From: an uncultured Acidobacteriota bacterium
GTDB lineage: Bacteria; Acidobacteriota; JAQAZP01
NCBI GenBank assembly: GCA_963836075.1
Contig: CAWIIB010000009.1
Span: 3,200,001 to 3,264,000, forward strand
Reading direction: 5' to 3'
DNA: 64,000 nucleotides
The notes under the pieces are model-generated. The model saw only the letters and a list, made by a program, of their open reading frames with translations, did no database searches and had not been told where the DNA came from. Positions 46,069 through 57,882 of this stretch are shown here, one piece after another. Each line of letters opens with the position of its first letter. Within the stretch, counting starts at the first letter, position 1. The position numbers were made by a program, and so were the translations under genes.

Positions 46069-48061
46069 TGTCCGGTCCTCCACCCTGGATGCGGAAAAAA
46101 GCTTTCACCTCAGACAGTTCGGTGACCGTGGGGAACGCGGGGAGGCTGTCGAGGAAGATCTTGCCGTAGCGCTTGCGGGTTATCCGGTTGTCCAGCACGG
46201 CCAGCAGACCGTAGTCGAGGGTGGAGCGGATCAGCCGGCCCAGCCCCTGCTTGAGCTCGATCACCGCGCCGGGCACCTGGTAGCCGAAGAAGGGGTTTTC
46301 GCCGGCCTCCGCGATGCGGGCCATCCGGGCCTGGACCAGCGGTTCGGTGGGCACTTCGAAGGGCAGGCGGTCCACCACCACCGCCGAGAGCGCCTCGCCG
46401 CGGACGTCCACTCCCTGCCAGAACCCCCTGGTGGCCAGCAGTACGGCGTTGCCCGCGGCGCGGAACTCGTCGATCAGTGCGCGCTTGGGCATCTGCCCCT
46501 GGCTGAGCAGCGGGTACGGCACCCGTCCCTCGAGCAGGGTGCGGGCACGGTGCATGTTGCGGTAGCTGGTGAAGAGGAGAAAGGCGCGGCCGCCGGTGAT
46601 GGTGAGGATCTCGGCCATCCGCTCCGCGGCCCGCTCGATGAACTCGGGATTCGACGGTTCGGGCAGGTCGGTGGGGAGGTAGAGCACGGCCTGTTCCTCG
46701 TAGAGGAAGGGCGAGGTGACCTGCCGCTCGCGGCAGTCCCCGGCGCCAAGCCGGCGGCGGATAAACCCCAGGTCGCCGCTCACGGCCAGGGTGGCCGAGG
46801 TGAGGATCGCGGAATCGATGCGGCCGAACAGTCCCTGCTCCAGCAGCGGCGCAACCTCGATGGGCGAGGCGCGCAGCGTCCCGCCGCGGGCGCCGCGCAA
46901 CTCGCACCAGTAGACGTAATCGGGGTTCTCCATCTTCAGGATCAGCCCCAGTTCTTCACGCAGCAGCAGGGCGCGGCGGGCCAGGGCCTGGGCGTCCTCG
47001 GCGGGGATGGCCCCGTCGGCGGCGGCCCGGACCAGTGCGTCCCGCAACTCCTCCAGCACTGCGGCCAGGGCGGACCCGCGTTCCAGGACTCCGCTCTCCG
47101 CCAGCCGGCCGGCGTCGAGGACCAGGCGGTTCTCCCGGGTCGCCGCTCCGGGATGCAGGCGGTGCAACGCGGCGAAAAAGAGGTCCGCCTCGGTGGCCAG
47201 CTGCTGCAGCTGCTGTACGGCGGTGGCCGCCGCCTCAGCGGCATGTCCGGCGGACAGTAACCGGGAGGCGTCGCCGGCCAGGTCGTCCAGGCGCCGGCGG
47301 GACACCACGGTGCCGAAGTGGGCGCAGGCCACGTCCTCCACCAGGTGGGCCTCGTCAAAGACCAGCACACGGTAGGGCGGGAGGATCTGGCCGAACCCGC
47401 CGTCGCGCACCGCCATGTCGGAGAAGAGCAGGTGGTGGTTCACCACCACCAGGTCGGCATCCTGGGCCCGCTGGCGGGCCAGGGTGACAAAGCAGTCGCC
47501 GAACTCTGTGCAGTCCGACCCGAGGCATGTCTCCCGCCGGGCGGAGAGGGCGGCCAGCAGCGGGGAGCTCTCTTCCAGCCCCTGCAGTTCGCCGAAGTCG
47601 CCGAACTCGCTCTCCTCGCACCAGCGCTGGAGGCTGTCCAGCAGCGGCCCGTCCGCCGCGCCGGGAAAGAGGGTGGGCTGGGTCCGGGCCTGGGCCAGCC
47701 GGTGGCGGCAGAGGTAGTTGGCCCGGCCCTTGAGGTAACAGTAACTGAAGTCGGCGGGATGGCTCTCGGCGAGGAAGGGCAGGTCGCGGAAAAAGAGCTG
47801 CTCCTGGAGGTGTTTGGTGCCGGTGGAGATCACCGCCGACACTCCGGCCTCGACGATGGCGGCGAGGTAGGCCAGGGTTTTGCCGGTGCCGGTGCCCGCC
47901 TCCACCACCAGGTGTTCGCCGTCGGTGATCGCCGCCAGCACCGCCTCGGCCATCTCCTTCTGTCCCGGGCGGAACTCGTACCCTCCGAGCTCGCGGGAGA
48001 GGATGCCGCCGGGGTCGAAAAAGTCGCTCAGACCGTTGTCCGGCGTCGGGCCGTGGCTCAT
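46061..48061 (-). CDS. ATP-dependent DNA helicase, DinG/YoaA family
   Basis: [21 protein letters not shown], Fe-S cysteines, DEAH, SAT, SPF and QGLGRLIR. Confidence 0.93.
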   Translation of the reverse strand: MSHGPTPDNGLSDFFDPGGILSRELGGYEFRPGQKEMAEAVLAAITDGEHLVVEAGTGTGKTLAYLAAIVEAGVSAVISTGTKHLQEQLFFRDLPFLAESHPADFSYCYLKGRANYLCRHRLAQARTQPTLFPGAADGPLLDSLQRWCEESEFGDFGELQGLEESSPLLAALSARRETCLGSDCTEFGDCFVTLARQRAQDADLVVVNHHLLFSDMAVRDGGFGQILPPYRVLVFDEAHLVEDVACAHFGTVVSRRRLDDLAGDASRLLSAGHAAEAAATAVQQLQQLATEADLFFAALHRLHPGAATRENRLVLDAGRLAESGVLERGSALAAVLEELRDALVRAAADGAIPAEDAQALARRALLLREELGLILKMENPDYVYWCELRGARGGTLRASPIEVAPLLEQGLFGRIDSAILTSATLAVSGDLGFIRRRLGAGDCRERQVTSPFLYEEQAVLYLPTDLPEPSNPEFIERAAERMAEILTITGGRAFLLFTSYRNMHRARTLLEGRVPYPLLSQGQMPKRALIDEFRAAGNAVLLATRGFWQGVDVRGEALSAVVVDRLPFEVPTEPLVQARMARIAEAGENPFFGYQVPGAVIELKQGLGRLIRSTLDYGLLAVLDNRITRKRYGKIFLDSLPAFPTVTELSEVKAFFRIQGGGPDNG

Positions 48062-48522
48062 GGTTGCGGGGGCTTCTCGATCAGGTCCAGACGACGCTGG
48101 TGGCGGTCACCGCCAAAGGCGGCGTCCAACCAGATGCTGACCATGTCCAGGGCCACTTCGCTGCCCAGCACCCGGCCGCCCAGAACCAGCAGGTTGGCGT
48201 CGTTGTGCTCCCGGCTCATCCGGGCGGTGAAGGCGTCGTGGCACAGGGCGGCCCGGACCCCGGGAATGCGGTTGGCGGCGATGGACATGCCGATGCCGGT
48301 ACCGCAGATCAGGATACCGCGGGCGTGATCGCCGGAGGCTATGGCCGTGGCGATCCTGAACGCGTAGTCGGGGTAGTCCACCGAAGTCTCGTCGTAGCAG
48401 CCCAGGTCCACCGCTTCGTAGCCGAGGGAGGCGAGGTGTTCCCGCACCGTCTCCTTGAGTTGGAAACCGCCATGGTCGCTGGCGATGGGGATGACTTCTC
48501 CTCGGACGGCGGGTTGGGGCAT
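48058..48522 (-). CDS. rpiB: Ribose-5-phosphate isomerase B
   Basis: ASDHGG, SVDYPDY, CGTGIG, EHNDAN and RHQRR. Confidence 0.95.
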   Translation of the reverse strand: MPQPAVRGEVIPIASDHGGFQLKETVREHLASLGYEAVDLGCYDETSVDYPDYAFRIATAIASGDHARGILICGTGIGMSIAANRIPGVRAALCHDAFTARMSREHNDANLLVLGGRVLGSEVALDMVSIWLDAAFGGDRHQRRLDLIEKPPQP

Positions 48523-48556
48523 CTTCCGGGTCTCCTCACTGCAGTGGAGCGGGCGC

Positions 48557-49903
48557 TCAGCGGCGGCCCAGCTCACGGGGATAGGGGCTGTACAGCCGTT
48601 CGTACTCGTCGAGAGCGTACTTGTCTGTCATTCCGGCGATGTGGTCGGCCACCAGGCGGACAAAGGCCGGGCTGTTGTGATAGTTGCGGCGGATCTCCTC
48701 GTTCACTTCCTCGAGGCCGAAATCCCGCAGGTAGGGCCGGCCGATCATGTCGCGGTAGCGGAGCAGGACATAGCTGTCCAGCTGCCGCGGGTTGGTGTAG
48801 TAGGAGCGGAACAGGGCGGTGACGAAGTGCCGGGCCCTGCCGTCCGAGCGGTTGACGTAAAAACTGTTGATGATGTAGCGGTAGATGAATTCCTTGAGAT
48901 TGTCGAACAGGATGCGGCCCCGGTGGTCGAAGTCCACCGCGCCGGCGGGCAGCCGGTCCAGTTTCCGGCGCAGGTCCTGCTGCTTCCCCAGACCCTGTTC
49001 CTCGCTCCAGCTGTTCAGCCGGTCCCAGGAGGCGAGGATCACGTTGGTCACCAGCAGGTGGATCAGCCCGCGGATCAGGGTGTTCTGCCGGCGGTAGCGC
49101 TGGCCCATGGCACTGTAACTGGTGCCCAGCCGGCCGATCACCTCGCGGGAGATCTTCAGCCGCTCCACCGCCCCGAAATCGACCTCGCCGGCCCGCAGGC
49201 CGTCCTCCAGGTCATGGGCCTGCTGGGCGATTTCGTCGGCCAGGGCCACCACCTGTGCTTCGAAGTGCGGGACCCGCCCGCGCTCGATCCCCTCCCAGCG
49301 GAACTCGGGGTACTCGATGTCGCCGCCGCTGCGGGTGTGCTTGAAGATGCCCTCCCGGGTCGGGTTGGTCAGGTTGATCCCGGCGTGGGAATAGCGGGTT
49401 TCGATCAGGTCCACCACCCTGATGCTCTGGAAGTTGTGCTTGAACCCTCCGGCATTTTTCAGCAGGTCCGCCTCGGTGTTGTCCACCTCCACCTGGCCGG
49501 AGAGGATCTCGTTGAGGATGTTCTCCCCGCTGTGGCCGAAGGGTGTGTGGCCCAGGTCATGTCCCAGGGCGATGGCTTCGGTGAGATCCTCGTTGAGGTT
49601 CAACGCCCGGGCCATGGTGCGGCTGATCTGGGCCACCTCCAGGGTGTGGGTCAGCCGGTTGCGGAAGTGGTCGCCCTCGAAGGGGATGAAGACCTGGGTC
49701 TTGTGCTGCAGGCGGCGGAAGGCCCGGGAATGGATGATCCGGTCCCGGTCCCGCTGGAATTCGGTGCGGTAGACGAAGTCCCGTTTCTCTTCGTCCACCG
49801 GGTGGGTTCGCCCGGCCCAGGCACTGCGCATGGCATAGGGCGCCAGCCGCCGGTCCTCAGCCTGCTCCAGCCACTGTTTATCGATGACCAGCTGTGTGTC
49901 CAT
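48557..49903 (-). CDS. dgt: Deoxyguanosinetriphosphate triphosphohydrolase (HD domain)
   Basis: [48 protein letters not shown] and IAGMTD. Confidence 0.92.
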   Translation of the reverse strand: MDTQLVIDKQWLEQAEDRRLAPYAMRSAWAGRTHPVDEEKRDFVYRTEFQRDRDRIIHSRAFRRLQHKTQVFIPFEGDHFRNRLTHTLEVAQISRTMARALNLNEDLTEAIALGHDLGHTPFGHSGENILNEILSGQVEVDNTEADLLKNAGGFKHNFQSIRVVDLIETRYSHAGINLTNPTREGIFKHTRSGGDIEYPEFRWEGIERGRVPHFEAQVVALADEIAQQAHDLEDGLRAGEVDFGAVERLKISREVIGRLGTSYSAMGQRYRRQNTLIRGLIHLLVTNVILASWDRLNSWSEEQGLGKQQDLRRKLDRLPAGAVDFDHRGRILFDNLKEFIYRYIINSFYVNRSDGRARHFVTALFRSYYTNPRQLDSYVLLRYRDMIGRPYLRDFGLEEVNEEIRRNYHNSPAFVRLVADHIAGMTDKYALDEYERLYSPYPRELGRR

Positions 49904-50038
49904 GGGAAAATAGTACCCCAACCGGCTGCCGGGTTACAACTTGCCTGCGGGTTTGACCCGGTCGTTGCCCCGCGGATATCATGATTCCCGTTCGCCGCCC
50001 GGGTTTTCCGGCAGCGGTTTTCTGGAAACGAGGTTGTC

Positions 50039-50872
50039 ATGGACGAGAAGATTCTCAGGGTCGGGCACAGTCCCGACGCTGATGATGCGTTTATGTTTTA
50101 CGCCCTGGCCTGCGGAGCCGTATCCCTCGATGGGTATCAAATCGAGCACGTGATGGAAGACATCGAGAGCCTCAACCACCGGGCAATGACCGGCGAACTG
50201 GAGGTGACCGCCGTGTCGGCCCACGCCTTCCCGCTGCTGGCCGACCGCTACTGGATCATGGCTTCAGGCGCTTCCATGGGCGAGGGATACGGACCGGTGG
50301 TGGTATCCCGCGAGCCGCGCTCCATCGAAGACCTTGGCGGGCTGAAGGTGGCCACCCCGGGCCGGTTGACCACTGCCCGGCTGCTCAGTGACATCTGGCT
50401 CGAGGGCGCGGTGGCCGTGGACATGGATTTCGACCGGATCATCGACGCGGTGCTTTCCGGCGAGGTGGACGCCGGAGTGCTGATTCACGAGGGACAACTG
50501 ACGTACGCCGGTCAGGGATTGCGCAAGGTGGTGGATTTCGGCGAGAAGTGGGAGAAGGAAACCGGGCTGCCGTTGCCGCTGGGCCTCGATCTGGTGCGCA
50601 AGGACCTGGGCCGCGAAATGGCGGGCAGGATTTCAGCGGCGATCAAGGCCTCGATCAAGCACGGCTACGAGAACCAGGACCAGTCGATCCCTTACGCCCT
50701 GCAGTTCGGCCGGGGCCTGGACCACGAGACCGGCACCCGGTTCGTTAAAATGTATGTCAGCCAGCTGACCATCGACATGGGGCCGCAGGGAAAGAAGGGC
50801 CTGGAAACCCTTTTCCGCCTGGGCCATGAACGGGGGATCATCGAGACCATTCCCGAGATCGAACTGGTCTAG
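50039..50872 (+). CDS. mqnD: 1,4-dihydroxy-6-naphthoate synthase (futalosine menaquinone pathway)
   Basis: GHSPDADDAFMF, DIESLN, GYGP, IHEGQLTY and LPLPLG. Confidence 0.88.
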   Translation: MDEKILRVGHSPDADDAFMFYALACGAVSLDGYQIEHVMEDIESLNHRAMTGELEVTAVSAHAFPLLADRYWIMASGASMGEGYGPVVVSREPRSIEDLGGLKVATPGRLTTARLLSDIWLEGAVAVDMDFDRIIDAVLSGEVDAGVLIHEGQLTYAGQGLRKVVDFGEKWEKETGLPLPLGLDLVRKDLGREMAGRISAAIKASIKHGYENQDQSIPYALQFGRGLDHETGTRFVKMYVSQLTIDMGPQGKKGLETLFRLGHERGIIETIPEIELV

Positions 50873-50909
50873 GACACGCCGGCCCGGCTCCCGGCGGTGA
50901 AAGTGGGCA

Positions 50910-52607
50910 ATGAACAGCATCTGGGTTGCACTGATCGGGATTGTCTGGCTTCTGCTGGCCTACCACCTCTATGGCCGGTTCATCGAGCGCCGGCTGACCC
51001 GGGCCGACCCCCAGCGCCCCACCCCGGCCCACGCGAAATTTGACGGGGTGGATTACCAGCCCACCCGGCCGATGATCCTCTTTGGACACCATTTCGCTTC
51101 CATCGCCGGGGCGGGCCCCATTGTCGGCCCGGTGGTGGCGGCCATGGCCTTCGGCTGGGTCGCCGGCGCCATCTGGATCCTGGTGGGAGTGGTTTTCATC
51201 GGCGCGGTGCACGACTACATGGCGCTGACGGTGAGCATCCACCACGACGGACGGAGCATCTCCGACACCTCCCGCGAACTGGTGGGCCGCCGTTCCTGGC
51301 TCCTCTTCCAGGTTTTTGTCTGGATCGCCCTGGTGCTGGTGATCGCCGTCTTCATCGACGTGGCGGTCCGCTCCTTCGTTGCCAACCCGCAGATCGTTTT
51401 TCCCGCGCTGGCCCTGCTGCCCATCGCCGTGCTCTTCGGCCTGGTCAACTACCGCTGGAAGGTGCCGCTGGTCCTGAGCACCGTGGGCTGTCTGGGGCTC
51501 TTCGCCCTCTCCATTGCCGCCGGGGCCTGGCTGCCGATCACCCTCCCCGGCGATCCGCAAACGGTGTTCCGCCTCTGGTTCTTCCTCCTCGCCCTGTACG
51601 GCTGGGCCGCCTCGGTGCTCCCGGTCTGGATCCTGCTCCAGCCGCGGGACTACATCGCCAACTGGGTGCTGTTGATCGGCATCAGCCTCGGGGCCCTGGG
51701 TCTGTTCGTCACCGGCTATCCGATCACCGCCCCGGCTTTCACCGGGCTGGTCAGCGCGGACCACGGCCCGATCTTTCCCATGCTCTTCGTGCTCATCGCC
51801 TGCGGAGCGGTTTCCGGGTTCCATTCCCTGGTGGCCAGCGGCACCACCTCCAAGCAACTGGACCGGGAGAGCCACGCCCGGCTGATCGGGTTCGGCGGGA
51901 TGATCCTCGAGGGTGGGGTGGCCCTGCTGGCCCTGCTGGCGGTCACTGCCGGACTCTACTGGCAGGGCACCGCCCCGCCGGGCAGCGAGGGGTTGGTGCT
52001 GCAGAACATCGAGGGCGGTCCGGTAATCGCTTTCGGCGCCGGTTTCGGCCGTTTTGTCGCTCCCTTTTTCGGGCTGACCTTCGGCCTGATGCTGGGGGTG
52101 ACCATGCTCAACACCTTTGTGATGACCACGCTGGACACCTCCACACGGTTGACCCGTTTTGTTACCTCCGAACTGCTGGGCAGCGTTCACCCGCTGTTCC
52201 GCAACCGCTACCTCGCCTCGGCCCTGGCCGTGATTCCGGCTTTCGTTCTCGGTATCTCCGGCGGTTGGAAACTGCTCTGGCCGCTCTTTGCCTCCTCGAA
52301 CCAGATGATCGCCGCGCTGGCCCTCTTCGTGGCCACGGCCTGGCTGGTGGGCCGGGGCCGGCCCTCGGTCTACACTCTGGTGCCGGCGCTGTTCATGCTG
52401 GCCACCAGCGTCAGTGCCTTTGGCTGGCAGGCCTGGCGGCACTTCTTCAGGGATGGCGGCAACCCGCTGCTGGGGCTGCTCTGCCTGATGCTGCTCCTGC
52501 TGGCCCTGGTGGTCTCCGTTGACGCCCTGCGGGCCACCCGGCGCGTTGATTCCCGGCGCGCCGCTGGTGACCACCGGAGCCGGGTGCGTCCGGCCGGTGC
52601 AGGGTAA
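50910..52607 (+). CDS. cstA: Carbon starvation protein A family transporter
   Basis: DGVDY, GHHFASIAGAGPIVGP, LPVWILLQPRDY and IACGAVSGFHSLVASGTT. Confidence 0.93.
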   Translation: MNSIWVALIGIVWLLLAYHLYGRFIERRLTRADPQRPTPAHAKFDGVDYQPTRPMILFGHHFASIAGAGPIVGPVVAAMAFGWVAGAIWILVGVVFIGAVHDYMALTVSIHHDGRSISDTSRELVGRRSWLLFQVFVWIALVLVIAVFIDVAVRSFVANPQIVFPALALLPIAVLFGLVNYRWKVPLVLSTVGCLGLFALSIAAGAWLPITLPGDPQTVFRLWFFLLALYGWAASVLPVWILLQPRDYIANWVLLIGISLGALGLFVTGYPITAPAFTGLVSADHGPIFPMLFVLIACGAVSGFHSLVASGTTSKQLDRESHARLIGFGGMILEGGVALLALLAVTAGLYWQGTAPPGSEGLVLQNIEGGPVIAFGAGFGRFVAPFFGLTFGLMLGVTMLNTFVMTTLDTSTRLTRFVTSELLGSVHPLFRNRYLASALAVIPAFVLGISGGWKLLWPLFASSNQMIAALALFVATAWLVGRGRPSVYTLVPALFMLATSVSAFGWQAWRHFFRDGGNPLLGLLCLMLLLLALVVSVDALRATRRVDSRRAAGDHRSRVRPAGAG

Positions 52608-53728
52608 TGAGAGGACCCGGGAAACAGAGGCTTGCCGTCAATCTGCTGCTGGCACTGGGGGCCCTGCTGGCGGCCGCGGGCCTGGGTGAGCTGGGCCTGC
52701 GGCTGTGCAAGCCCCGCCAGGTGATGATCCAGCGCCAGCCGGCCATCTACCTGCGAGACGAACTGCTGGGCAGCCGTTATGTGCCCGGGGCCAGCGGCCT
52801 GATGCACCGCTGCTTCGAGATCGACAACGTGGTGCGGACCAACTCCCTCGGCTTCCACGATGTGGAACACCCGTGCGCACCGGGCGTGCTGCAGGTGGCG
52901 GCCATCGGTGATTCGTTCACCGCCGCCTTCGAGGTTCCGCGGGAGAAAGGCTGGACCGCGCTGCTCCAGCAGCAATTGCGAGACGCGGGATTTCCGGGGG
53001 CCGAGGTGGTCAACCTGGGCCAGGACCACTCGGGCACCGATGTCCACCTGGAGATTCTCAGACATTACCTCGACGGGCACCGGCCGGCGGTGGTGGTGCT
53101 CGCCTTCTACGAGAACGACGTTGACGACATCCAGCGCGGCGGATACTTTCGTGAGACCGTCGACGGCCGCTACGTGATGGTCTACGGCTCCGTCGAACAG
53201 CGGGAAGCGATCCTCGCCCGGATCGGGGAACAGGCCCCCGGGCCGGCGACGATCTGGATCTGCGACCATATCTACACCTGCCGGCTGGTGCGCCGGCTGT
53301 TCACCGGCGAGGACGACCTCTACTTCAACAACATCGTCGGGATAAAAGGGCTGGGCCGGCCGCAGGGCGCGACGCGGGAGATGAGCGAGCTCATGCGTGA
53401 TCTGCTGCAGCTGGCGCAGGCGAAGGGGTTCATGGTCGTGGTGGCCCCGGTGCCGCCGCTGCTAAGCCCCCGGGGCTCGGTCTGGCGCTTGCGCCACAGC
53501 ACCGGGAAAGAGCTGTTTCGGGCTCTCAACGTGGTCAACGTTTTTCCGGTCATGGAGCGGATCCTGGACGAAGACGGCCGGGTTTTCGACGAGATGTACT
53601 GGGAACTGGACGCCCACTTCAACGAGTATGGCAACGAGGTTTTCGCCCGGGTGGTTTTCGAGGCGCTGAAACCGCGCCTGGAGGCGAAAGGGAGGAGCAG
53701 TGATGGAGGAGATGACCGGAACGGTTGA
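52607..53728 (+). CDS. Membrane-anchored SGNH/GDSL-like hydrolase
   Basis: N-terminal TM, TNSLGF, GDSFT, END and DAHFNEYGN. Confidence 0.8.
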   Translation: MRGPGKQRLAVNLLLALGALLAAAGLGELGLRLCKPRQVMIQRQPAIYLRDELLGSRYVPGASGLMHRCFEIDNVVRTNSLGFHDVEHPCAPGVLQVAAIGDSFTAAFEVPREKGWTALLQQQLRDAGFPGAEVVNLGQDHSGTDVHLEILRHYLDGHRPAVVVLAFYENDVDDIQRGGYFRETVDGRYVMVYGSVEQREAILARIGEQAPGPATIWICDHIYTCRLVRRLFTGEDDLYFNNIVGIKGLGRPQGATREMSELMRDLLQLAQAKGFMVVVAPVPPLLSPRGSVWRLRHSTGKELFRALNVVNVFPVMERILDEDGRVFDEMYWELDAHFNEYGNEVFARVVFEALKPRLEAKGRSSDGGDDRNG

Positions 53729-54746
53729 CCTGCGCAGCGACACGGTGACCCGGCCGGGTCCCGGGATGCGACAGGCCATTGCCGGGGCCGAGGTGGGCGA
53801 CGATGTCTTTGGCGACGATCCCACGGTGCTCGCCCTGCAGGCCAAGGTGGCCGGCATCCTGGGCAAGGAGGCCGCGCTCTTCGTGCCCAGCGGGACAATG
53901 AGCAATGGCATTGCGGTGAAGGTGCACACCCGGCCCGGGGACGAGATGATCGTGGAGAGCGGCTGCCATCAGTTCAATTTCGAAACCGGTTCCGCCGCTG
54001 TCCTCTCCGGTGTGCAGGTCTACGCCATCCCCGGGGTCCGCGGGGTGATCTCCGCCGATCAGGTGGAAGCGGCGGTGCGGCCCATCGACGACCACTTCGC
54101 GCGCAGCCGGCTGGTCTGCCTGGAGAACACCTGCAACGTGGCCGGGGGGACGCTCTTTCCCCTGGACGAGATGGAGCGGATACGCGAGGTGGCCCGGCGC
54201 CACGACCTGAGGATGCACCTCGACGGGGCGCGGCTGTGGAACGCGTCGGTGGCCGAGGGCATCGAGCCGGCCCGCTACGCGGAGATGTTCGACACGGTGT
54301 CGGTCTGTCTGTCCAAGGGGCTGGGAGCGCCCGTGGGATCGCTGCTGGCCGGGCCAGCTGATCTGATGATCGAGGCGCACCGGGTACGCAAAATGCTCGG
54401 CGGCGGCATGCGCCAGGCCGGTGTGTTGGCCGCTGCCGGTTTGTACGCCATCGAGCACCACTGGCAGCGGATGGCCGAGGACCACCGGTTGGCCCGCATG
54501 CTGGCCGAAACCCTCCACCGGCTGCCGGGAGTGGAGGTGGACCTGGAAGCGGTGCGGACCAACATCGTGATGGGCCGGTTGTGCCGCGAGGGCTGGACCA
54601 CCGAGCGGTTCACCGGCGAGTTGGGAGCGTTGGGGGTGCGGATCACCCGGTTCGGTGCCGACCGCTTCCGCCTGGTGACCCATCTCGACGTACAGGAAGA
54701 AGCCGCCCGGAGGGCGGCTTCTGTTTTCGAGCGTCTTCTTGGCTGA
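53712..54746 (+). CDS. ltaE: Low-specificity L-threonine aldolase
   Basis: [40 protein letters not shown] and GGGMRQAG. Confidence 0.93.
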   Translation: MTGTVDLRSDTVTRPGPGMRQAIAGAEVGDDVFGDDPTVLALQAKVAGILGKEAALFVPSGTMSNGIAVKVHTRPGDEMIVESGCHQFNFETGSAAVLSGVQVYAIPGVRGVISADQVEAAVRPIDDHFARSRLVCLENTCNVAGGTLFPLDEMERIREVARRHDLRMHLDGARLWNASVAEGIEPARYAEMFDTVSVCLSKGLGAPVGSLLAGPADLMIEAHRVRKMLGGGMRQAGVLAAAGLYAIEHHWQRMAEDHRLARMLAETLHRLPGVEVDLEAVRTNIVMGRLCREGWTTERFTGELGALGVRITRFGADRFRLVTHLDVQEEAARRAASVFERLLG

Positions 54747-54755
54747 ACCGGCCGT

Positions 54756-55343
54756 TCAGATCTTGAACGGGAACTTGGTGGAGGAGAGGTAGGCCCGGGC
54801 CTCCTTGCCGCTGCCGCAGCGGATGCTGAAGGGTGCGTCGGTCTTGAACTGCAGGCTCGAGTCCTTGCCGATGGTGTGGGTCTTACCGTCCACCTTCACC
54901 TCCACGTTCCCTTCGATCCCGCGGACAAAGATCTCGCCCTCGGGTATGGAGTTCTCGTGGACCTCGCCTTCGGGCCGGATGGCCAGCACGCCGACGTAGA
55001 GATTCTGCCGGGCGATCATCCGGGTGAAGGTCTGGAAGTTCCACCCCTCCTTTTCGGACATGTAGGAGACACCCTCATCCTTGTTTGCAAAGGAGACCTT
55101 CTCCTTGGCTTCGTCTTCGATCTCCAGCAGGAACTCGAGGTTTTTGCCCATGGCCTCGGCCATCCGGAGCAGGGGGATGAGGGAGTATTCCACCTTCTGG
55201 TTCTCATACTTCCAGATGGTGCTGAGGGGAATGCCGGAGAGCTTGGACAGCCGTTCCAGCGTCAGGCTCTTTTCCTTCCTCGTCTTTTTCAGCTTGTCGC
55301 CGATCTGAGAATGGAGGGTGGTCATGGTCTTCTCACTCATCAT
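54756..55343 (-). CDS. XRE-family HTH transcriptional regulator with a cupin domain
   Basis: IGDKLKKTRKEKSLTLERLSKLSGIPLSTIWKYEN helix-turn-helix, then a C-terminal cupin-like region. Confidence 0.85.
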   Translation of the reverse strand: MMSEKTMTTLHSQIGDKLKKTRKEKSLTLERLSKLSGIPLSTIWKYENQKVEYSLIPLLRMAEAMGKNLEFLLEIEDEAKEKVSFANKDEGVSYMSEKEGWNFQTFTRMIARQNLYVGVLAIRPEGEVHENSIPEGEIFVRGIEGNVEVKVDGKTHTIGKDSSLQFKTDAPFSIRCGSGKEARAYLSSTKFPFKI

Positions 55344-55542
55344 GATGTTTTCCCCTTTACGAAACAAGAGTTGATGTGGTGGAAAATCGTCTCTTTTGTT
55401 GTTAGATGTAACGTTCTGAAAAACAACCCGTGGGACTTCCCTCTGTTTCCCAACGGTGTAATAGAGGGTAAACCCTTTATTCGGCTTGTCTTTGCTTCTA
55501 TCCACCGGGTCACCATCGATTCCAGCTTGACCCAGCCCGTTC

Positions 55543-55571
55543 ACCATACTGTAAATTTCCGCTTATTGCAA
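55543..55571 (-). promoter_or_regulatory. Putative sigma70 promoter of the XRE regulator, implying a ~190-nt leader
   Basis: Minus strand TTGCAA-N17-TATGGT in an AT-rich tract. Confidence 0.45.
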
Positions 55572-55829
55572 GTTCATAATTAATATACTCAAAACTGACT
55601 GTAGGTATTGATAGGAATGATCGATTGTTGGGGAGGGAAGGTCTTCGGAATATTTGTTGAAAGGAAAACGAGACCTCCCCAGGATGATTTGTAATGCTAC
55701 AGGTTTTTTTCAATATCGAGCAGTCACCTATCGCGTTGAACCGCCGTTGTGGTTCTGTTAAGGTTTCCCGAACAGCGATTCACCGGCAACCCCGGAATCG
55801 GCGGGTGCTTCCGGTGACGGCAGGAGCCG

Positions 55830-57854
55830 ATGGTGACTCCAAAAGATGTACCCACCAACCCTGGGAATCGATCCACCGGCAGGCATCTGGCCGCCGGGCT
55901 GGTCGGGGGGCTGTATGCCGCCCTGCTGCTCTCCCTCATCGACTGGTGGCTGATGCTCCGGCAGGGCAGCCGGGGCGGCGACATCGAATCCGTGGCTGCT
56001 CTCTGCTACGCGTTTCTGCTGCTCGGATCGACCGGCGCCACCGCCGGCGCCTGTTTTGCCCTGGGGGTGGTGGTGTGGAAACGGCTGTTCCACCGGTCTC
56101 ATGCCGGTTTGGCCCGGAAGTTTGTCCGGACCGGCCGTGGGGCCTTCCTGCTCTGTTTCGTCCTGGGGGGAGGGTTGCTGATCGTCCTGGGCTGGATGCC
56201 CCACTGGCGCCGCACCGGGATTTCGCCGCCCTGGTCCACCGGTCTGGGGGTTGCCTTCCTGCTGGCGTTGCTGGTTCTGGGGATTGCCCGGCGGCTGGCG
56301 CTCCGACGCTGGGGCGGCGTGTCATCGCGTGCCAGGGACCGGATGACCACATCTTCCTTGATCATCCTGGCCCTTCTGCTGGCTGGCGCCGTGGCCGGCT
56401 GGGGTCGGGCCGGGGAACGTCGTGACCGTCCGGGATCCCGGTGGACCGCACCACAGATTGCCGCGGTGAACCGGGCGGACTCCGGGGGCAGGGAAGTGCC
56501 GGCGGGCAGCCCGCCGGTGGTGCTGCTGCTGCTGGATACCCTGCGCTGGGATGCGCTTTCCTGCTACGGCAACGGTGACCTCCTCACCCCACACCTCGAC
56601 CGTTTCTGCCGGGAGTCGCTGCAGTTCGAGGTGGCCCGGGCCCAGGCCTCGTGGACCAAACCCTCCATCGCCACCCTGCTCACCTCGACCCATCCCAGCC
56701 GGCACGGGGCCCGGGGCCGGGCCGACCGGATCAGTCCTGCGGTTCCTTCGCTGGCCGGCCTGTTCCGCCGTGCCGGATATCGTACCGGCGCCGTGGTGGC
56801 CAACGGGAACCTCTCCCCGGCATTCGGTTTTTCCCGGGGGTTTGACCACTATCGCTACCTGCGCCCCCGGATCGCCCTGGGTGCTGGAGGGCGGGCGCTG
56901 GGCCTCGGTTCCTACCGTATCGCCTCGGCGGTCCGGCAGCGGGCGGCCCGGGGCCGCCGGGATCACCGTCATTTCAAACGGGACGCCGCCGAAGTCAACG
57001 TGGCGGTGCTGAATTGGCTCGTGGGGCTGACTTCTGAAGAACGCCGGGGGTTCTTCCTCTTTGTCAACTACGTCGACCCGCACGATCCCTACTTCCACCA
57101 CCCGTACGACGGCCGGGCCCTCGGGGCGGTGGACGGCAAGTCCCCGTCTCCCCGGGTGCGGGACGAAATGGCGGCGCTTTATGACGGTGAGGTGGCCTTT
57201 CTGGACCATCACCTGGGGCGGCTTTTTGCACACCTGCGCCGGCTGGGTCTGTACCAGGAATCGCTGATCGTGATCACGTCGGACCACGGGGAGGAGTTCC
57301 TGGACCACGGAGGCTGGTGGCACGGGTTGACCCTCTTCGAGGAGCAGGTTCGTGTGCCACTGCTGGTCCGGTTGCCCGGCGGAGCGGCCGGCGGCAGACG
57401 CGCCACCGGCGAGGCCGGACTGATCGACGTGGCTCCGGGATTGCTGGAACTGGCCGGCCTGGGCCACCGCACGCCCGAGGCGATGACCGGGCAGAGTATG
57501 GCCCGCTTGATGCCCGGCGGGGACACGGCCGGAGAGCCGGCTCCGAGACTGTTTTACGCCGACGAAACGCTGGACGGAAACATACTGGCCAGCCTCACCG
57601 AAGGGCGCTGGAAATACGTGCGGGCCAATCTTGACAACCCCAGGGGGCTGCCGCGGGAAGCGCTGTACGACGTGGCGGAGGATCCCGGAGAGGAGGTCAA
57701 TCTGGCCGGTCGGCACCCCGAACTGGCCGCGGCCATGTCAGCCAGGCTGGACCGGCTCCATACCCCCGGCGGGGGCGAGGCGAAGACTCTGCCGCCGGCG
57801 GCGCTGGACGAGGAGACGGCCGAACATCTCCGGGCCCTGGGTTACCTCCACTGA
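55830..57854 (+). CDS. Membrane-anchored sulfatase-like (alkaline phosphatase superfamily) protein, Ser-type motif
   Basis: N-terminal TMs, LDTLR, SWTKPSIATLLT, DPHDPY, YDGEV, SDHGEEF and LYD...DPGE. Confidence 0.88.
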   Translation: MVTPKDVPTNPGNRSTGRHLAAGLVGGLYAALLLSLIDWWLMLRQGSRGGDIESVAALCYAFLLLGSTGATAGACFALGVVVWKRLFHRSHAGLARKFVRTGRGAFLLCFVLGGGLLIVLGWMPHWRRTGISPPWSTGLGVAFLLALLVLGIARRLALRRWGGVSSRARDRMTTSSLIILALLLAGAVAGWGRAGERRDRPGSRWTAPQIAAVNRADSGGREVPAGSPPVVLLLLDTLRWDALSCYGNGDLLTPHLDRFCRESLQFEVARAQASWTKPSIATLLTSTHPSRHGARGRADRISPAVPSLAGLFRRAGYRTGAVVANGNLSPAFGFSRGFDHYRYLRPRIALGAGGRALGLGSYRIASAVRQRAARGRRDHRHFKRDAAEVNVAVLNWLVGLTSEERRGFFLFVNYVDPHDPYFHHPYDGRALGAVDGKSPSPRVRDEMAALYDGEVAFLDHHLGRLFAHLRRLGLYQESLIVITSDHGEEFLDHGGWWHGLTLFEEQVRVPLLVRLPGGAAGGRRATGEAGLIDVAPGLLELAGLGHRTPEAMTGQSMARLMPGGDTAGEPAPRLFYADETLDGNILASLTEGRWKYVRANLDNPRGLPREALYDVAEDPGEEVNLAGRHPELAAAMSARLDRLHTPGGGEAKTLPPAALDEETAEHLRALGYLH

Positions 57855-57882
57855 GGGCCGGTTCCGGCGGCACAGCAGACTC

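Noticed and set aside
48557-49903. dGTPase plus DinG as an anti-phage defence island
   Set aside because: Both look like housekeeping versions in an operon with rpiB, with no defence or mobile genes nearby and no compositional shift.
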